Shown: piece by piece, positions 48,159-56,644 of the stretch
How positions within the stretch are numbered: the stretch's first letter is position 1
How the letters are laid out: the number at the start of each line of letters is the position of its first letter
NCBI GenBank assembly: GCA_963798845.1
Contig: CAWCUS010000001.1
Coordinates: forward strand, 224,001-288,000
Reading direction: 5' to 3'
DNA: 64,000 bases
DNA from: an uncultured Gemmatimonadales bacterium
GTDB taxonomy: Bacteria > Gemmatimonadota > Gemmatimonadetes > Longimicrobiales > RSA9
Made by a program: the position numbers and the translations under genes
The notes under the pieces: model-generated
Told to the model about the DNA's origin: nothing
Seen by the model: the letters and a program-made list of their open reading frames with translations, nothing else
Database searches by the model: none

Positions 48159-49154
48159 GTGACAGACCACGACATCGTCCCCCAGCCGCGCGTCATCCTG
48201 ACCGAGATCGGGGCAGAAAGCTGGGAGCACCCGGCCGATCGCGCGGCGCTCGCCGCGCTCCGGCGCATTCCCGCCTTCGACGAGGTGCTGCGCAAGCTGT
48301 TCGGCTTCTTCGGCGAGAAGCCCGTGCGCCTCGCTTTCCAGGCCAACGCGGTCAGAGTCGGGCCCAGACAGTTCCCGGAAGTGCATGCCAAGTACCTGCG
48401 CGTGCTCGAGACCATGGACGCGCCGGAGGAATACCCGCTCTTCATCTCCCAGACGCCGGTCGTGAACGCCGGCGCGTACGGGATGAACAAGCCGTTCATC
48501 GTCCTGAACAGCGGCAGCATCCGCCTGCTCGAGGGCGACGAGCAGGTGTTTCTCCTCGGCCACGAGCTCGGCCACATCCTCAGCGGCCACGTGCTCTACC
48601 GGACGATGATGGTGATCCTCCTCCAACTCGCGAACCTCGGCTTCCCCATCGTGGGAATCGCCGCCCGTGCCGTGCTCCTGGGGCTGCTCGAATGGAGCCG
48701 CAAGAGCGAGCTCAGCTCCGACCGCGCCGGCCTCCTCACCGTCCAGGACCCCACCGCCGCCCTTCAGACCTCCCTCAAGCTGGCCGGCGGCGGCTCCCGC
48801 GAGGAGACCGACCTGAACGAGTTCCTCAAGCAGGCCGACGAGTACCGCGAGTCCGGCGACGTGGGCGATTCCGTGTTCAAGGTCCTCAACCTCCTCGGCA
48901 CCACCCACCCGTTCCACACCCTCCGCGCCGCGGAGCTTCGCGACTGGATCGAGGCCGGCGAGTACGAGCGGATCCTGCGCGGCGAGTACCGCAGGCGCGG
49001 TGAGCCCCGCGCGTCCTACATGGACGACCTCCGGGCCGCCTCGAAGTCCTACCAGGAGGAGGCGCGCGCCATCTTCGACGACGTCGCCACAGGCGCCCGC
49101 GACGCCGCCGAGAAGGTGCGCCAGGCCGTGAGCGAAGCCTTCCGCAAGCGCTGA
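48159..49154 (+). CDS. M48-family (HtpX-like) zinc metallopeptidase
   Basis: NAGAYG, HELGH, ELSSDRAG, THP; SD GGAGGGAG before GTG. Confidence 0.9.
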   Translation: MTDHDIVPQPRVILTEIGAESWEHPADRAALAALRRIPAFDEVLRKLFGFFGEKPVRLAFQANAVRVGPRQFPEVHAKYLRVLETMDAPEEYPLFISQTPVVNAGAYGMNKPFIVLNSGSIRLLEGDEQVFLLGHELGHILSGHVLYRTMMVILLQLANLGFPIVGIAARAVLLGLLEWSRKSELSSDRAGLLTVQDPTAALQTSLKLAGGGSREETDLNEFLKQADEYRESGDVGDSVFKVLNLLGTTHPFHTLRAAELRDWIEAGEYERILRGEYRRRGEPRASYMDDLRAASKSYQEEARAIFDDVATGARDAAEKVRQAVSEAFRKR

Positions 49155-49260
49155 TCTCGCAGGTTGCAGGCGAGCGCCGCGCCCGGTACCCTACCGTCGA
49201 ATCCCCGCGCAGCGGGGGCCGGTCGCGCGCAGCGGCGTCGAACCTCCAAACCGGACGCTC

Positions 49261-50550
49261 ATGAAGATCCTCGTCGTCGGCAGCGGCGGCCGCGAGCACG
49301 CGCTGCTCTGGAAGCTGCATCGCGACGCCCCATCCGCGGACTTCTTCATCACGCGCGGCAACGGGGGCACGCACGCGCTCGCCAAGCACGTCTCCCTGGA
49401 CGCCTCCGATGTCGCCGGCATCGCCGCATGGGCCGATACCGAGGACATGGACCTCGTCGTCATCGGCCCTGAAGCGCCGCTCGCCGCGGGCCTCGCCGAC
49501 GCCCTCCACCAGCGAGGCGTCCCGGTCTTCGGACCGGGCCGGGAGGCGGCGGCGATCGAGGCTTCCAAGGCTTTCGCAAAGGACGTCATGCGCGCCGCAC
49601 GCGTCCCCACCGCGGACTACGGCGTGTTCTCCGACCCCGCCGCCGCCGCCGCCTTCATCCGCACTCGTGGCGCGCCCATCGTCGTGAAGGCGTCCGGCCT
49701 CGCCGCCGGCAAGGGCGCCATCGTCTGCGACAGCACGGACGCCGCCCTCGCCGCCATGACCGGGATGCTGGAACGCGACGAATTCGGTGACGCCGGCCGG
49801 GAAGTGGTGGTGGAAGAGTGCATGACGGGCGAGGAGCTCAGCGTCTTCGCCCTGACTGATGGCCGCGACGTGCTCGTCATGACGCCATCGCAGGACCACA
49901 AGCGGGTGGCCGAAGGAGACGTGGGGCCCAACACCGGCGGGATGGGCGCCTACGCGCCCGTGTCGATCGCCAGCCACGAACTCGTGGACCGCCTGATCGA
50001 CGAGATCCTGCACCCGACGCTGCACGAGCTGCGGCGCAGGGGCCGCTCGTTCCGGGGCCTCCTCTACGCCGGGCTCATGCTCACCGGCGACGGGCCGAAG
50101 GTGGTGGAGTTCAACGCGCGCTTCGGCGACCCCGAGACCCAGGCCGTGCTCCCGCTCATGGACTCCCCTCTCCTCGAGATCCTCGAAGCGATCGCGCGTG
50201 GCAGCGGCGTGCGAGACCTCGCCATCCGCTGGAAGCCGGGGGCCGCCGTCACTACCGTCGTGGCCGCGGGCGGCTACCCGGGCGCCTACGAAAAGGGACT
50301 CGAGATCCGCATCCCGTCCAGCGTCGAGAGCGACGGCAGCGTCATGCTCTTCCACGCCGGGACGGCCCGCAAGGACGGGCGGCTCGTCACGGACGGCGGG
50401 CGTGTCCTGGCCGCCACCGCACTCGGCGACGACCTCAGGGACGCCGCCGAGCGCAGCCGCGCCGCTGCGTCGGAAATCGCGTTCGACGGCGCCCACTTCC
50501 GCCGCGACATCGGCTGGCGGGAGCTCGAGCGCGTGGCCGGGACCCCCTGA
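49261..50550 (+). CDS. purD: Phosphoribosylamine--glycine ligase
   Basis: GSGGREHAL, GPEAPL, GLAAGKG, NTGGMGAY, EFNARFGDPETQ. Confidence 0.97.
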   Translation: MKILVVGSGGREHALLWKLHRDAPSADFFITRGNGGTHALAKHVSLDASDVAGIAAWADTEDMDLVVIGPEAPLAAGLADALHQRGVPVFGPGREAAAIEASKAFAKDVMRAARVPTADYGVFSDPAAAAAFIRTRGAPIVVKASGLAAGKGAIVCDSTDAALAAMTGMLERDEFGDAGREVVVEECMTGEELSVFALTDGRDVLVMTPSQDHKRVAEGDVGPNTGGMGAYAPVSIASHELVDRLIDEILHPTLHELRRRGRSFRGLLYAGLMLTGDGPKVVEFNARFGDPETQAVLPLMDSPLLEILEAIARGSGVRDLAIRWKPGAAVTTVVAAGGYPGAYEKGLEIRIPSSVESDGSVMLFHAGTARKDGRLVTDGGRVLAATALGDDLRDAAERSRAAASEIAFDGAHFRRDIGWRELERVAGTP

Positions 50551-50569
50551 GCCGTCCCCGGACCCGCGC

Positions 50570-51388
50570 GTGCCGGAGCTCCCCGAAGCCGAGACCATCG
50601 CTCGCGATCTGGCTCCCCGCCTGGCGGGGGCGAGCATCCAGGACGTGTCCATCACGCACGCCGACGTCCTCGCCGGCGGCGCCGACACCTTCGGCCGGCG
50701 CGTGGCCGGCCGGACCGTCGCCGCCGTGGGCCGCCGCGGCAAGAACGTGGTGGTCGCCTTCGAGGACGGGGCGCGGCTCGTCGTCAACCTCGGGATGACG
50801 GGCCGTCTCGTTCTCAGCGATTCCCCCCGCGCGTCCGAGCTCCGTCACGTCGCCGTTCGCTTCCGCCTCGATGACGGACGCGATCTCCTCTTCGACGACA
50901 CCCGCCGCTTCGGTCTCCTCGAGCTCTTCGAAGCCGACGCCTGGGACCGGAGGAGCACCGAGCTCGGCCTCGAGCCACTCTCCCCCGACTTCACCGGCGA
51001 CGCCCTCTGGAGCATGACCCGCCGGTCCCGCACCCCCGTCCGCAATCTGCTCCTCGACCAGTATCGCGTGGCCGGGATCGGGAACATCTACGCCCTCGAA
51101 GCCCTCTTCCGCGCCGGCATCCGCCCAACCCGCCGCTCACACCGGATCACCCGCATTCAGGCCCATCGCCTCCGCGACGCGCTCGTCGACGTCCTCAGGA
51201 TGGCGATCCACCACCGCGGCACCACATTCTCCGACTACCGCGACGCCTCCGGGCAGGAGGGCGCCTTCGAACCCCTCCTCCAGGTCTACGGCCGCGAGGG
51301 CCATCCCTGCCCTCGCTGCGGAACCCCCATCAGGCGACGGATCCTCACCAACCGCAGCGCGTTCTACTGCCCCACCTGCCAGACCTGA
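50570..51388 (+). CDS. mutM: Formamidopyrimidine-DNA glycosylase
   Basis: PELPE, RRGK, LGMTG, RRFG, GIGNIY, CPRC..CPTCQ zinc finger. Confidence 0.96.
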   Translation: MPELPEAETIARDLAPRLAGASIQDVSITHADVLAGGADTFGRRVAGRTVAAVGRRGKNVVVAFEDGARLVVNLGMTGRLVLSDSPRASELRHVAVRFRLDDGRDLLFDDTRRFGLLELFEADAWDRRSTELGLEPLSPDFTGDALWSMTRRSRTPVRNLLLDQYRVAGIGNIYALEALFRAGIRPTRRSHRITRIQAHRLRDALVDVLRMAIHHRGTTFSDYRDASGQEGAFEPLLQVYGREGHPCPRCGTPIRRRILTNRSAFYCPTCQT

Positions 51389-51469
51389 CCCCCTCCTTTC
51401 CGGTCGCGCGGGTCGCGCACGGTCAACCGCCGCCGCGCTCCCGCGGCGGTTCTCCCGCTGCGGCCCTTG

Positions 51470-51486
51470 CCGAACAAATGCCGAAC
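51470..51486 (+). promoter_or_regulatory. Candidate SOS/LexA operator overlapping the promoter of the Cho-like nuclease
   Basis: CCGAACAAATGCCGAAC = GAAC-N7-GAAC, overlapping TTGCCG-N18-CAGATT. Confidence 0.7.
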
Positions 51487-51503
51487 CTGACAGATTCCAT
51501 TCC

Positions 51504-52634
51504 ATGCACGCGTTCCTCGACCCGCGCCCCACCGATCCGCCGATCTTCCAGCACCGATCCTCACCTGCGTCGATCGATGGGGACGCACATGCCCGCCGGC
51601 AGCGATTGAGGGAACAGGTCCGGGCGGGCGCCGAGAACCGGCCTGGCGTGTACCGGATGCTCGGCCCGGGAGAGCGGGTGCTGTACGTGGGCAAGTCGAT
51701 CCGCGTGCGCGGCCGCCTGCTCTCCTACTTCCGGGCCGAGCCGGGGGAGAAGGCGTCGGAGATTCTCGGGCTCACCGAGCGCATCGAGTGGGACGACCAT
51801 CCGAGCGAGTTCGCCGCGCTGCTCCGCGAGTTCCGCCAGATCCGGCGCCTGCGGCCTCCTTTCAACGTGCAGCACAAGAAGGAGCGCGCGGTTTGCTTCA
51901 TCCGCATCCCGCGCGAGCCGGTTCCCCGCATCGTGGTGACCACGCGCCCGATGCCGGACGGATCGGAGTACCACGGCCCGCTTCTCGGCTCGGCGAGGGT
52001 GCGGGCCGCGATGCGCGTGCTGGTGGATACGCTCCAGCTCCGTGACTGTCCGGCCACCACGCCGCTCCGTCTGGCCGACCAGGCGGACCTGTTCGGCGCG
52101 GCCTACACCCCGCTCTGCGCCCGGGCCGAGTTCGGCCGGTGCCTGGCCCCGTGCGCCGCGGGCTGCACCGAGCGCGGATACGCGGGCCGGCTGGCCGTGG
52201 CGCGTCGCTTCCTCCGGGGGGAGACGGACGAACCCCTGGATCGGCTGCGCGCCATGCTCCGGCTCGCCGTCGAGCGGTGGCTGTTCGAGTACGCGGCCGT
52301 GGTGGCCGAGCGGCTCGAGCTGCTCCAGGCGGTCCGCGCATCGCTGCTCCGGACCGAGCGGGCGCTGGCCGCGCTCACGGCGCTGTATCTGGTGGCCGGA
52401 CACGCCGGCGACGACCGCGTGTACGTGCTTCAGCGCGGCCTCGTGCGCGCCGAGCTGGCCGTGCCCCCCGACGAGCGCGGCCGGACGGCCATGCGCCGCC
52501 GCGCCGACCGCCTGTTGTCGGCACCCGCGCAGTCCCCGGCGAAGCTGGCCCCGGACGGCGTGGCCGAGTCGCTCCTGGTGGAGCGGTGGTTCCGCCGCAA
52601 CCCTGCGGAGCGGGAGCGCCTGAGGGCGGGCTGA
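51504..52634 (+). CDS. UvrC N-terminal-like GIY-YIG endonuclease (Cho-like)
   Basis: PGVYRM..LYVGKS..R.RL.SYF, EFAALLRE..P.FN, Cys cluster (LRDC..C..RCLAPC), UVR-like FEYAA; no RNase H or HhH C-terminal half. Confidence 0.88.
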   Translation: MHAFLDPRPTDPPIFQHRSSPASIDGDAHARRQRLREQVRAGAENRPGVYRMLGPGERVLYVGKSIRVRGRLLSYFRAEPGEKASEILGLTERIEWDDHPSEFAALLREFRQIRRLRPPFNVQHKKERAVCFIRIPREPVPRIVVTTRPMPDGSEYHGPLLGSARVRAAMRVLVDTLQLRDCPATTPLRLADQADLFGAAYTPLCARAEFGRCLAPCAAGCTERGYAGRLAVARRFLRGETDEPLDRLRAMLRLAVERWLFEYAAVVAERLELLQAVRASLLRTERALAALTALYLVAGHAGDDRVYVLQRGLVRAELAVPPDERGRTAMRRRADRLLSAPAQSPAKLAPDGVAESLLVERWFRRNPAERERLRAG

Positions 52635-52648
52635 ACCCGTCGCGGGCG

Positions 52649-52663
52649 GGTACGCCGCTTGCA
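52649..52663 (+). promoter_or_regulatory. Sigma54-like promoter
   Basis: GGTAC-GCCGC-TTGCA, 15 nt before the ATG at 52679. Confidence 0.6.
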
Positions 52664-52678
52664 CCATTCCCGCGCACC

Positions 52679-53137
52679 ATGACTTCCCGAGAACGATCCG
52701 ACGACACGGCGGCGGAGCGCATCGAGACGCGCCTGGACCGCCTTGCCACCGATGCCGCCCGCATCGGCGCCGGGCAGGAGCAGCGGCGTGAGCAGCTCAT
52801 CGAGCGCGCCGAAGGCCGCGGTCTCGATCGAGCCACTGCCGAGCAGGCCTACGACGTGGCGAAGGAGGTGGGCCTCGAGCCCGCGTTCGCAATGGCGCTC
52901 GTCATCGAGCGGGTGAGCGTGCGTCCGCTCGACCGAAGCGGCGCCGATGTCCGCGCTACCGAGTCCACCGAGCCGGAGTGGGTGGATACGCCGCCGGACC
53001 CCGCGCAGGCGGCGCGTGAGAGGCGGCTGCGTCAGACGTTCCGGCGGATGCGCGCGTTCCTCGATCGCGAGCCCTCGCCTTCCCGCGCCGTGCGGGCGTT
53101 CGCCCGGGAGCCGGACCTCGAGGAGTACGACTACTGA
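52679..53137 (+). CDS. Hypothetical protein (152 aa)
   Basis: High-GC3 codon pattern; fills the gap between genes; acidic aromatic C-terminus (DLEEYDY). Confidence 0.75.
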   Translation: MTSRERSDDTAAERIETRLDRLATDAARIGAGQEQRREQLIERAEGRGLDRATAEQAYDVAKEVGLEPAFAMALVIERVSVRPLDRSGADVRATESTEPEWVDTPPDPAQAARERRLRQTFRRMRAFLDREPSPSRAVRAFAREPDLEEYDY

Positions 53138-53601
53138 GGCAGCTCCAGGAGCTGCACTTCCGCTGTAGTCCCCAGGTGGAGCACGGCGACGGAGGGCGGG
53201 ATTCCGAAGCGCGCAGCGCCGGCCGAGCCGGGGTTCACCACCAGGACGCCCTCGCCGTCGTCCACCAGCGGCCGGTGTGTGTGCCCGTACACGATGACGT
53301 CCGCCTCGGGATGCGCCGCCCGCAGCGACCCCGGACGGGGCGACCCCAGCTGGTGGCCGTGGATCACGACGACTTCGCGGCCATCCAGCTCCAGCTGCGC
53401 CACTTCCCGGACTCGTTCGCGGACATCGAAGCGGTCGGTGTTCCCCCAAACGGCCGTGACCGGCGCGATCGCTTCCAGATCCGTCAGGATTCCCAGCGGC
53501 CCAATGTCTCCCGCGTGCAGGATGCGGTCGACGCCTTCGAAAAGCGTGAACACCTCGTTGCGCAGACGGCCGTGCGTATCGCTGATCAACCCGATCCTCA
53601 T
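53131..53601 (-). CDS. YfcE/MJ0936-family metallophosphoesterase
   Basis: SDTHG, HAGD, GNTD, HGH, GHTH, NPGS. Confidence 0.93.
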   Translation of the reverse strand: MRIGLISDTHGRLRNEVFTLFEGVDRILHAGDIGPLGILTDLEAIAPVTAVWGNTDRFDVRERVREVAQLELDGREVVVIHGHQLGSPRPGSLRAAHPEADVIVYGHTHRPLVDDGEGVLVVNPGSAGAARFGIPPSVAVLHLGTTAEVQLLELPQ

Positions 53602-53616
53602 CCCTCCCCCTCCAGC

Positions 53617-54654
53617 TCAGCGCCACCTGAAGACGGCGAGGGACAGCACGAAGCTGGCCACGCCCCACGCCGCCAGGACGGACAGCGCCGCCCAGACCGC
53701 CGATAGCGGGAGCGCCTCGTTCATCACTGCTCTCGCCGCGTCGTTGAACGCGGTCAGCGGCAGCGCACGTATGAACGGCTGCACCGCGTCCGGAAAGACC
53801 TTGTAGGAGAAGAACACGCCCGAGAGCATCCACATGGGGAAGGAGGCAGCGTTCATGATGCCGGAGACTCCTTCCGTGGTGCGGGCGCGGCTCGCTATGA
53901 GCAGCCCGAACGAAGTGAACGTGAACGCCCCGAGCACGGCGATGAACACCAAGGCGGCGAGGGAGCCCCGCACCTCCACGCCGAAGGCGAGGTAGGCGAA
54001 CGCCAGGATGACCACCAGCTCGGCGAACAGGAAGAGCAGGCGGCCGAAGAAGAACGAGGCCAGGAACTCCGCACGGTTCATGGGCGTTGCCATGAGCCGC
54101 TTCATGAGCTGCTCCTTGCGCATCTGCACGATCGTGAAGCCGACCCCCCAGAGACCGGTGCTGAGCAGGTTTAGGCCGATGAGCCCGGGGATCAGCCAGT
54201 CGATATAGCGCGATCCTCGCTCGCGCACCGGCTGGTCCTTCGACGGTACCAGGTCCGCCCTCCCCGCCGCGCGCTCCAGCGCGTCGTCCACCTTGAGCCG
54301 CGCGACCTCCGATTCGGGGCGGGCCGGATCGTAGCGGTAGACGGCGACGGGCCCGCGACCGTCCACCACCACCGCCACCTCCCCTCGACGCAGCAGCCCC
54401 GCCGCGGAGTCCTGGTCCACAACCTGGACGGAGATCCCCTGGGCGCGCTGGAGCTGCTCGGCGACGGCTCCGCTCCCGACCACGACCGCCACCCGCACCG
54501 GCTTCGGACCGGAATCCCGGAACGCGATGCCGAGGGCGAGGGCGAGGAGGACCGGGAACATGAACGTCCAGAAGACGGCCTCCGGCTCGCGGATCAGCTC
54601 ACGGATGCGGACCAGCGTCAGCTGCACCAGCGCGCGCTCTCTCCAGCTACGCAT
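53617..54654 (-). CDS. ABC-2 type exporter permease
   Basis: REPEAVFWT, YIDWLIPG, KRLMATP, LSGVFF, LPLT. Confidence 0.9.
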   Translation of the reverse strand: MRSWRERALVQLTLVRIRELIREPEAVFWTFMFPVLLALALGIAFRDSGPKPVRVAVVVGSGAVAEQLQRAQGISVQVVDQDSAAGLLRRGEVAVVVDGRGPVAVYRYDPARPESEVARLKVDDALERAAGRADLVPSKDQPVRERGSRYIDWLIPGLIGLNLLSTGLWGVGFTIVQMRKEQLMKRLMATPMNRAEFLASFFFGRLLFLFAELVVILAFAYLAFGVEVRGSLAALVFIAVLGAFTFTSFGLLIASRARTTEGVSGIMNAASFPMWMLSGVFFSYKVFPDAVQPFIRALPLTAFNDAARAVMNEALPLSAVWAALSVLAAWGVASFVLSLAVFRWR

Positions 54655-55600
54655 CCCGCAAGCTCCTTCCCGTGAGCTCGATGAACACGTCCTCCAGGGT
54701 TGCGCTGTGAGTCCTCAGATCGGACAGCTCCGCCCCCTGCCGCGCCAGCTCGGTCAGCACCGCCGGCAGCGCCTCGTGGACTTCGGTGACCGTGACCGCG
54801 ATCACGCCCCTCCTCGTCGTGGCTGCGGTCACCCCCGGCAGCCGCCCCAGGGCCGCGAGCTCCAGCGTCGCGCCTGGCGCGAGCGTTAGCTCCACCACGT
54901 GCTGGGCGCCGAGCCTCGCCACCAGCTCCGCCGGCGTCCCCAGAGCGATGATGCGCCCGCGGTCCATGATCCCCACGCGTTGGCTGAGCCGGGCCGCCTC
55001 CTCCATGTAGTGCGTGGTCAGCAGCACCGTGCCCCCGCCCGCGAGAAACGCCTCGACCACGTCCCACAGGGCCCGCCGCGACTGCGGGTCCAGCCCCGTG
55101 GTGGGCTCGTCGAGGAAGAGCAGCTCGGGCCGGCCGACCAGTGCGCACGCCACCGCCAGGCGCTGCCGCTGTCCGCCCGAGAGGTCACGGACGCGGGCAC
55201 CGCGCTTGGAACCGAGCTGAACCACCTCGATCAGCTCGTCCACGCTCCGTCCCTCGCGGAAGAAGCTCCGGAAGAGCCGCAGCGTCTCGGCCACCGTGAG
55301 ACGCTCGGGGAGCCGGGTCTCCTGAAGCGCCACGCCGATCCGGTAGCGGAGCTCGGTCGCATGACCCGCCCACCCCGCGCCCATCACCGAAACTTCTCCC
55401 TCGTCCGGCTGGAGCAGCCCTTCCAGGATCTCCACGGTCGTGGTCTTCCCGGCGCCGTTCGGCCCGAGAAGCCCGAAGCACTCGCCCCGCCCCACCTCCA
55501 GGTCCACACCGTCCACGGCCACCACGTCCGCGTACCGCTTCCGCAGCCCGCGGCAGCGGACCGCCCAGAGCCCGCCTGTTCCAGCCTCCTCGCTCGCCAT
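54647..55600 (-). CDS. ABC exporter ATP-binding protein
   Basis: GPNGAGKTT, LSGGQRQR, LDEPTTGLDP, TTHYMEEA. Confidence 0.95.
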   Translation of the reverse strand: MASEEAGTGGLWAVRCRGLRKRYADVVAVDGVDLEVGRGECFGLLGPNGAGKTTTVEILEGLLQPDEGEVSVMGAGWAGHATELRYRIGVALQETRLPERLTVAETLRLFRSFFREGRSVDELIEVVQLGSKRGARVRDLSGGQRQRLAVACALVGRPELLFLDEPTTGLDPQSRRALWDVVEAFLAGGGTVLLTTHYMEEAARLSQRVGIMDRGRIIALGTPAELVARLGAQHVVELTLAPGATLELAALGRLPGVTAATTRRGVIAVTVTEVHEALPAVLTELARQGAELSDLRTHSATLEDVFIELTGRSLRDA

Positions 55601-55926
55601 CATCCTCCCTTCCAGCGTCGTGATGCGCGGTCCGCATGTTGCACTCCCGGCTTCCCGGATGCCAGACCGACCGCCCACGGAGAGGGCGCACCGGGACCGA
55701 TCGGCCCCCGTCCGGGAGCTGCGGCACCGGAGCTGGCGATGCCCTTCTTCCCGACCCTCCGGCTTCGCCCGACGCCGCGGCTGTGAGCACCGCGAAGCGC
55801 TCCAACCCCCTGCCCTGAGCGGGCGAGCGGCGCGTCCGTCGCGCAAGTCCGTATTCCCGCGTAGAATAGACCGTTCTTCCGCGGACGACGATTCTGCTGC
55901 GACCAGCCGCATCGCACCGTGTTCCG

Positions 55927-55953
55927 CGAAACTCGTCCGGCGACGCGGCCGTA
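55927..55953 (+). promoter_or_regulatory. Putative autoregulatory ECF promoter
   Basis: CGAAAC-N17-CGTA upstream of the sigma ATG. Confidence 0.7.
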
Positions 55954-55989
55954 CCGTCCACCGGGCCCGGACCCGCTCAACCGCGGTAG

Positions 55990-56583
55990 ATGGTGGATTA
56001 CGCGCAACTCAGCGACCAGGACGTGATCGAGCGCGCCCGAAACGGGCGCGAATCGGCGTTCAGGGAGTTGATCCGTCGCTACGAGCGCCCAGTCTTCAGC
56101 ATCATCTTCCGAATGGTCCGGGACCGGGAGCTCTCCGAGGACCTGGCGCAGGACACGTTCATCAAAGTGCTGAACGCGCTCGATCGTTACGACCCGGCCT
56201 ACAAGTTCAGCTCGTGGATCTTCAAGATCGCGCACAACACCACCATCGATCACATCCGCAAGAAGACGCCCGACACCCTTTCGCTCGAGGGGTCGCCCCA
56301 CGCCACGACTCCGGATCAGATGGAGGCCACGTCCTTCACCGCGGTGGACCATGCGGAAGATCCCGAGCAGTACGCGCAGAGCCAGGAGGTGGGCGCCGAG
56401 ATCGAGGCGGCGATCGCGGAGCTCCGCCCCGAGTACCGGGAAGCGATCCTGCTCTGGCACATGGAAGGGCGCCCATACGATGAGATCGCCGAGATCATGG
56501 ACCTGCCGCTGGGCACTGTCAAAACCTATATCCACCGTGGTCGCAACGAGTTGCGGAAGAAACTCGAGCATCTTCGGTCGTGA
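55990..56583 (+). CDS. ECF RNA polymerase sigma factor (SigW/RpoE-like)
   Basis: EDLAQDTFIKV, FSSWIFKIAHN, YDEIAEIMDLPLGTVKTYIHRGR. Confidence 0.95.
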   Translation: MVDYAQLSDQDVIERARNGRESAFRELIRRYERPVFSIIFRMVRDRELSEDLAQDTFIKVLNALDRYDPAYKFSSWIFKIAHNTTIDHIRKKTPDTLSLEGSPHATTPDQMEATSFTAVDHAEDPEQYAQSQEVGAEIEAAIAELRPEYREAILLWHMEGRPYDEIAEIMDLPLGTVKTYIHRGRNELRKKLEHLRS

Positions 56584-56607
56584 AACTCTCGGACGCGGCA
56601 TTCCGTA
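56581..56607 (+). promoter_or_regulatory. Internal ECF promoter for the anti-sigma and downstream genes
   Basis: TGAAAC-N17-CGTA; its TGA is the sigma stop codon. Confidence 0.7.
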
Positions 56608-56644
56608 GGGAAATCCGGAGACGAGAAGTCATGGAGAAGAGAGC

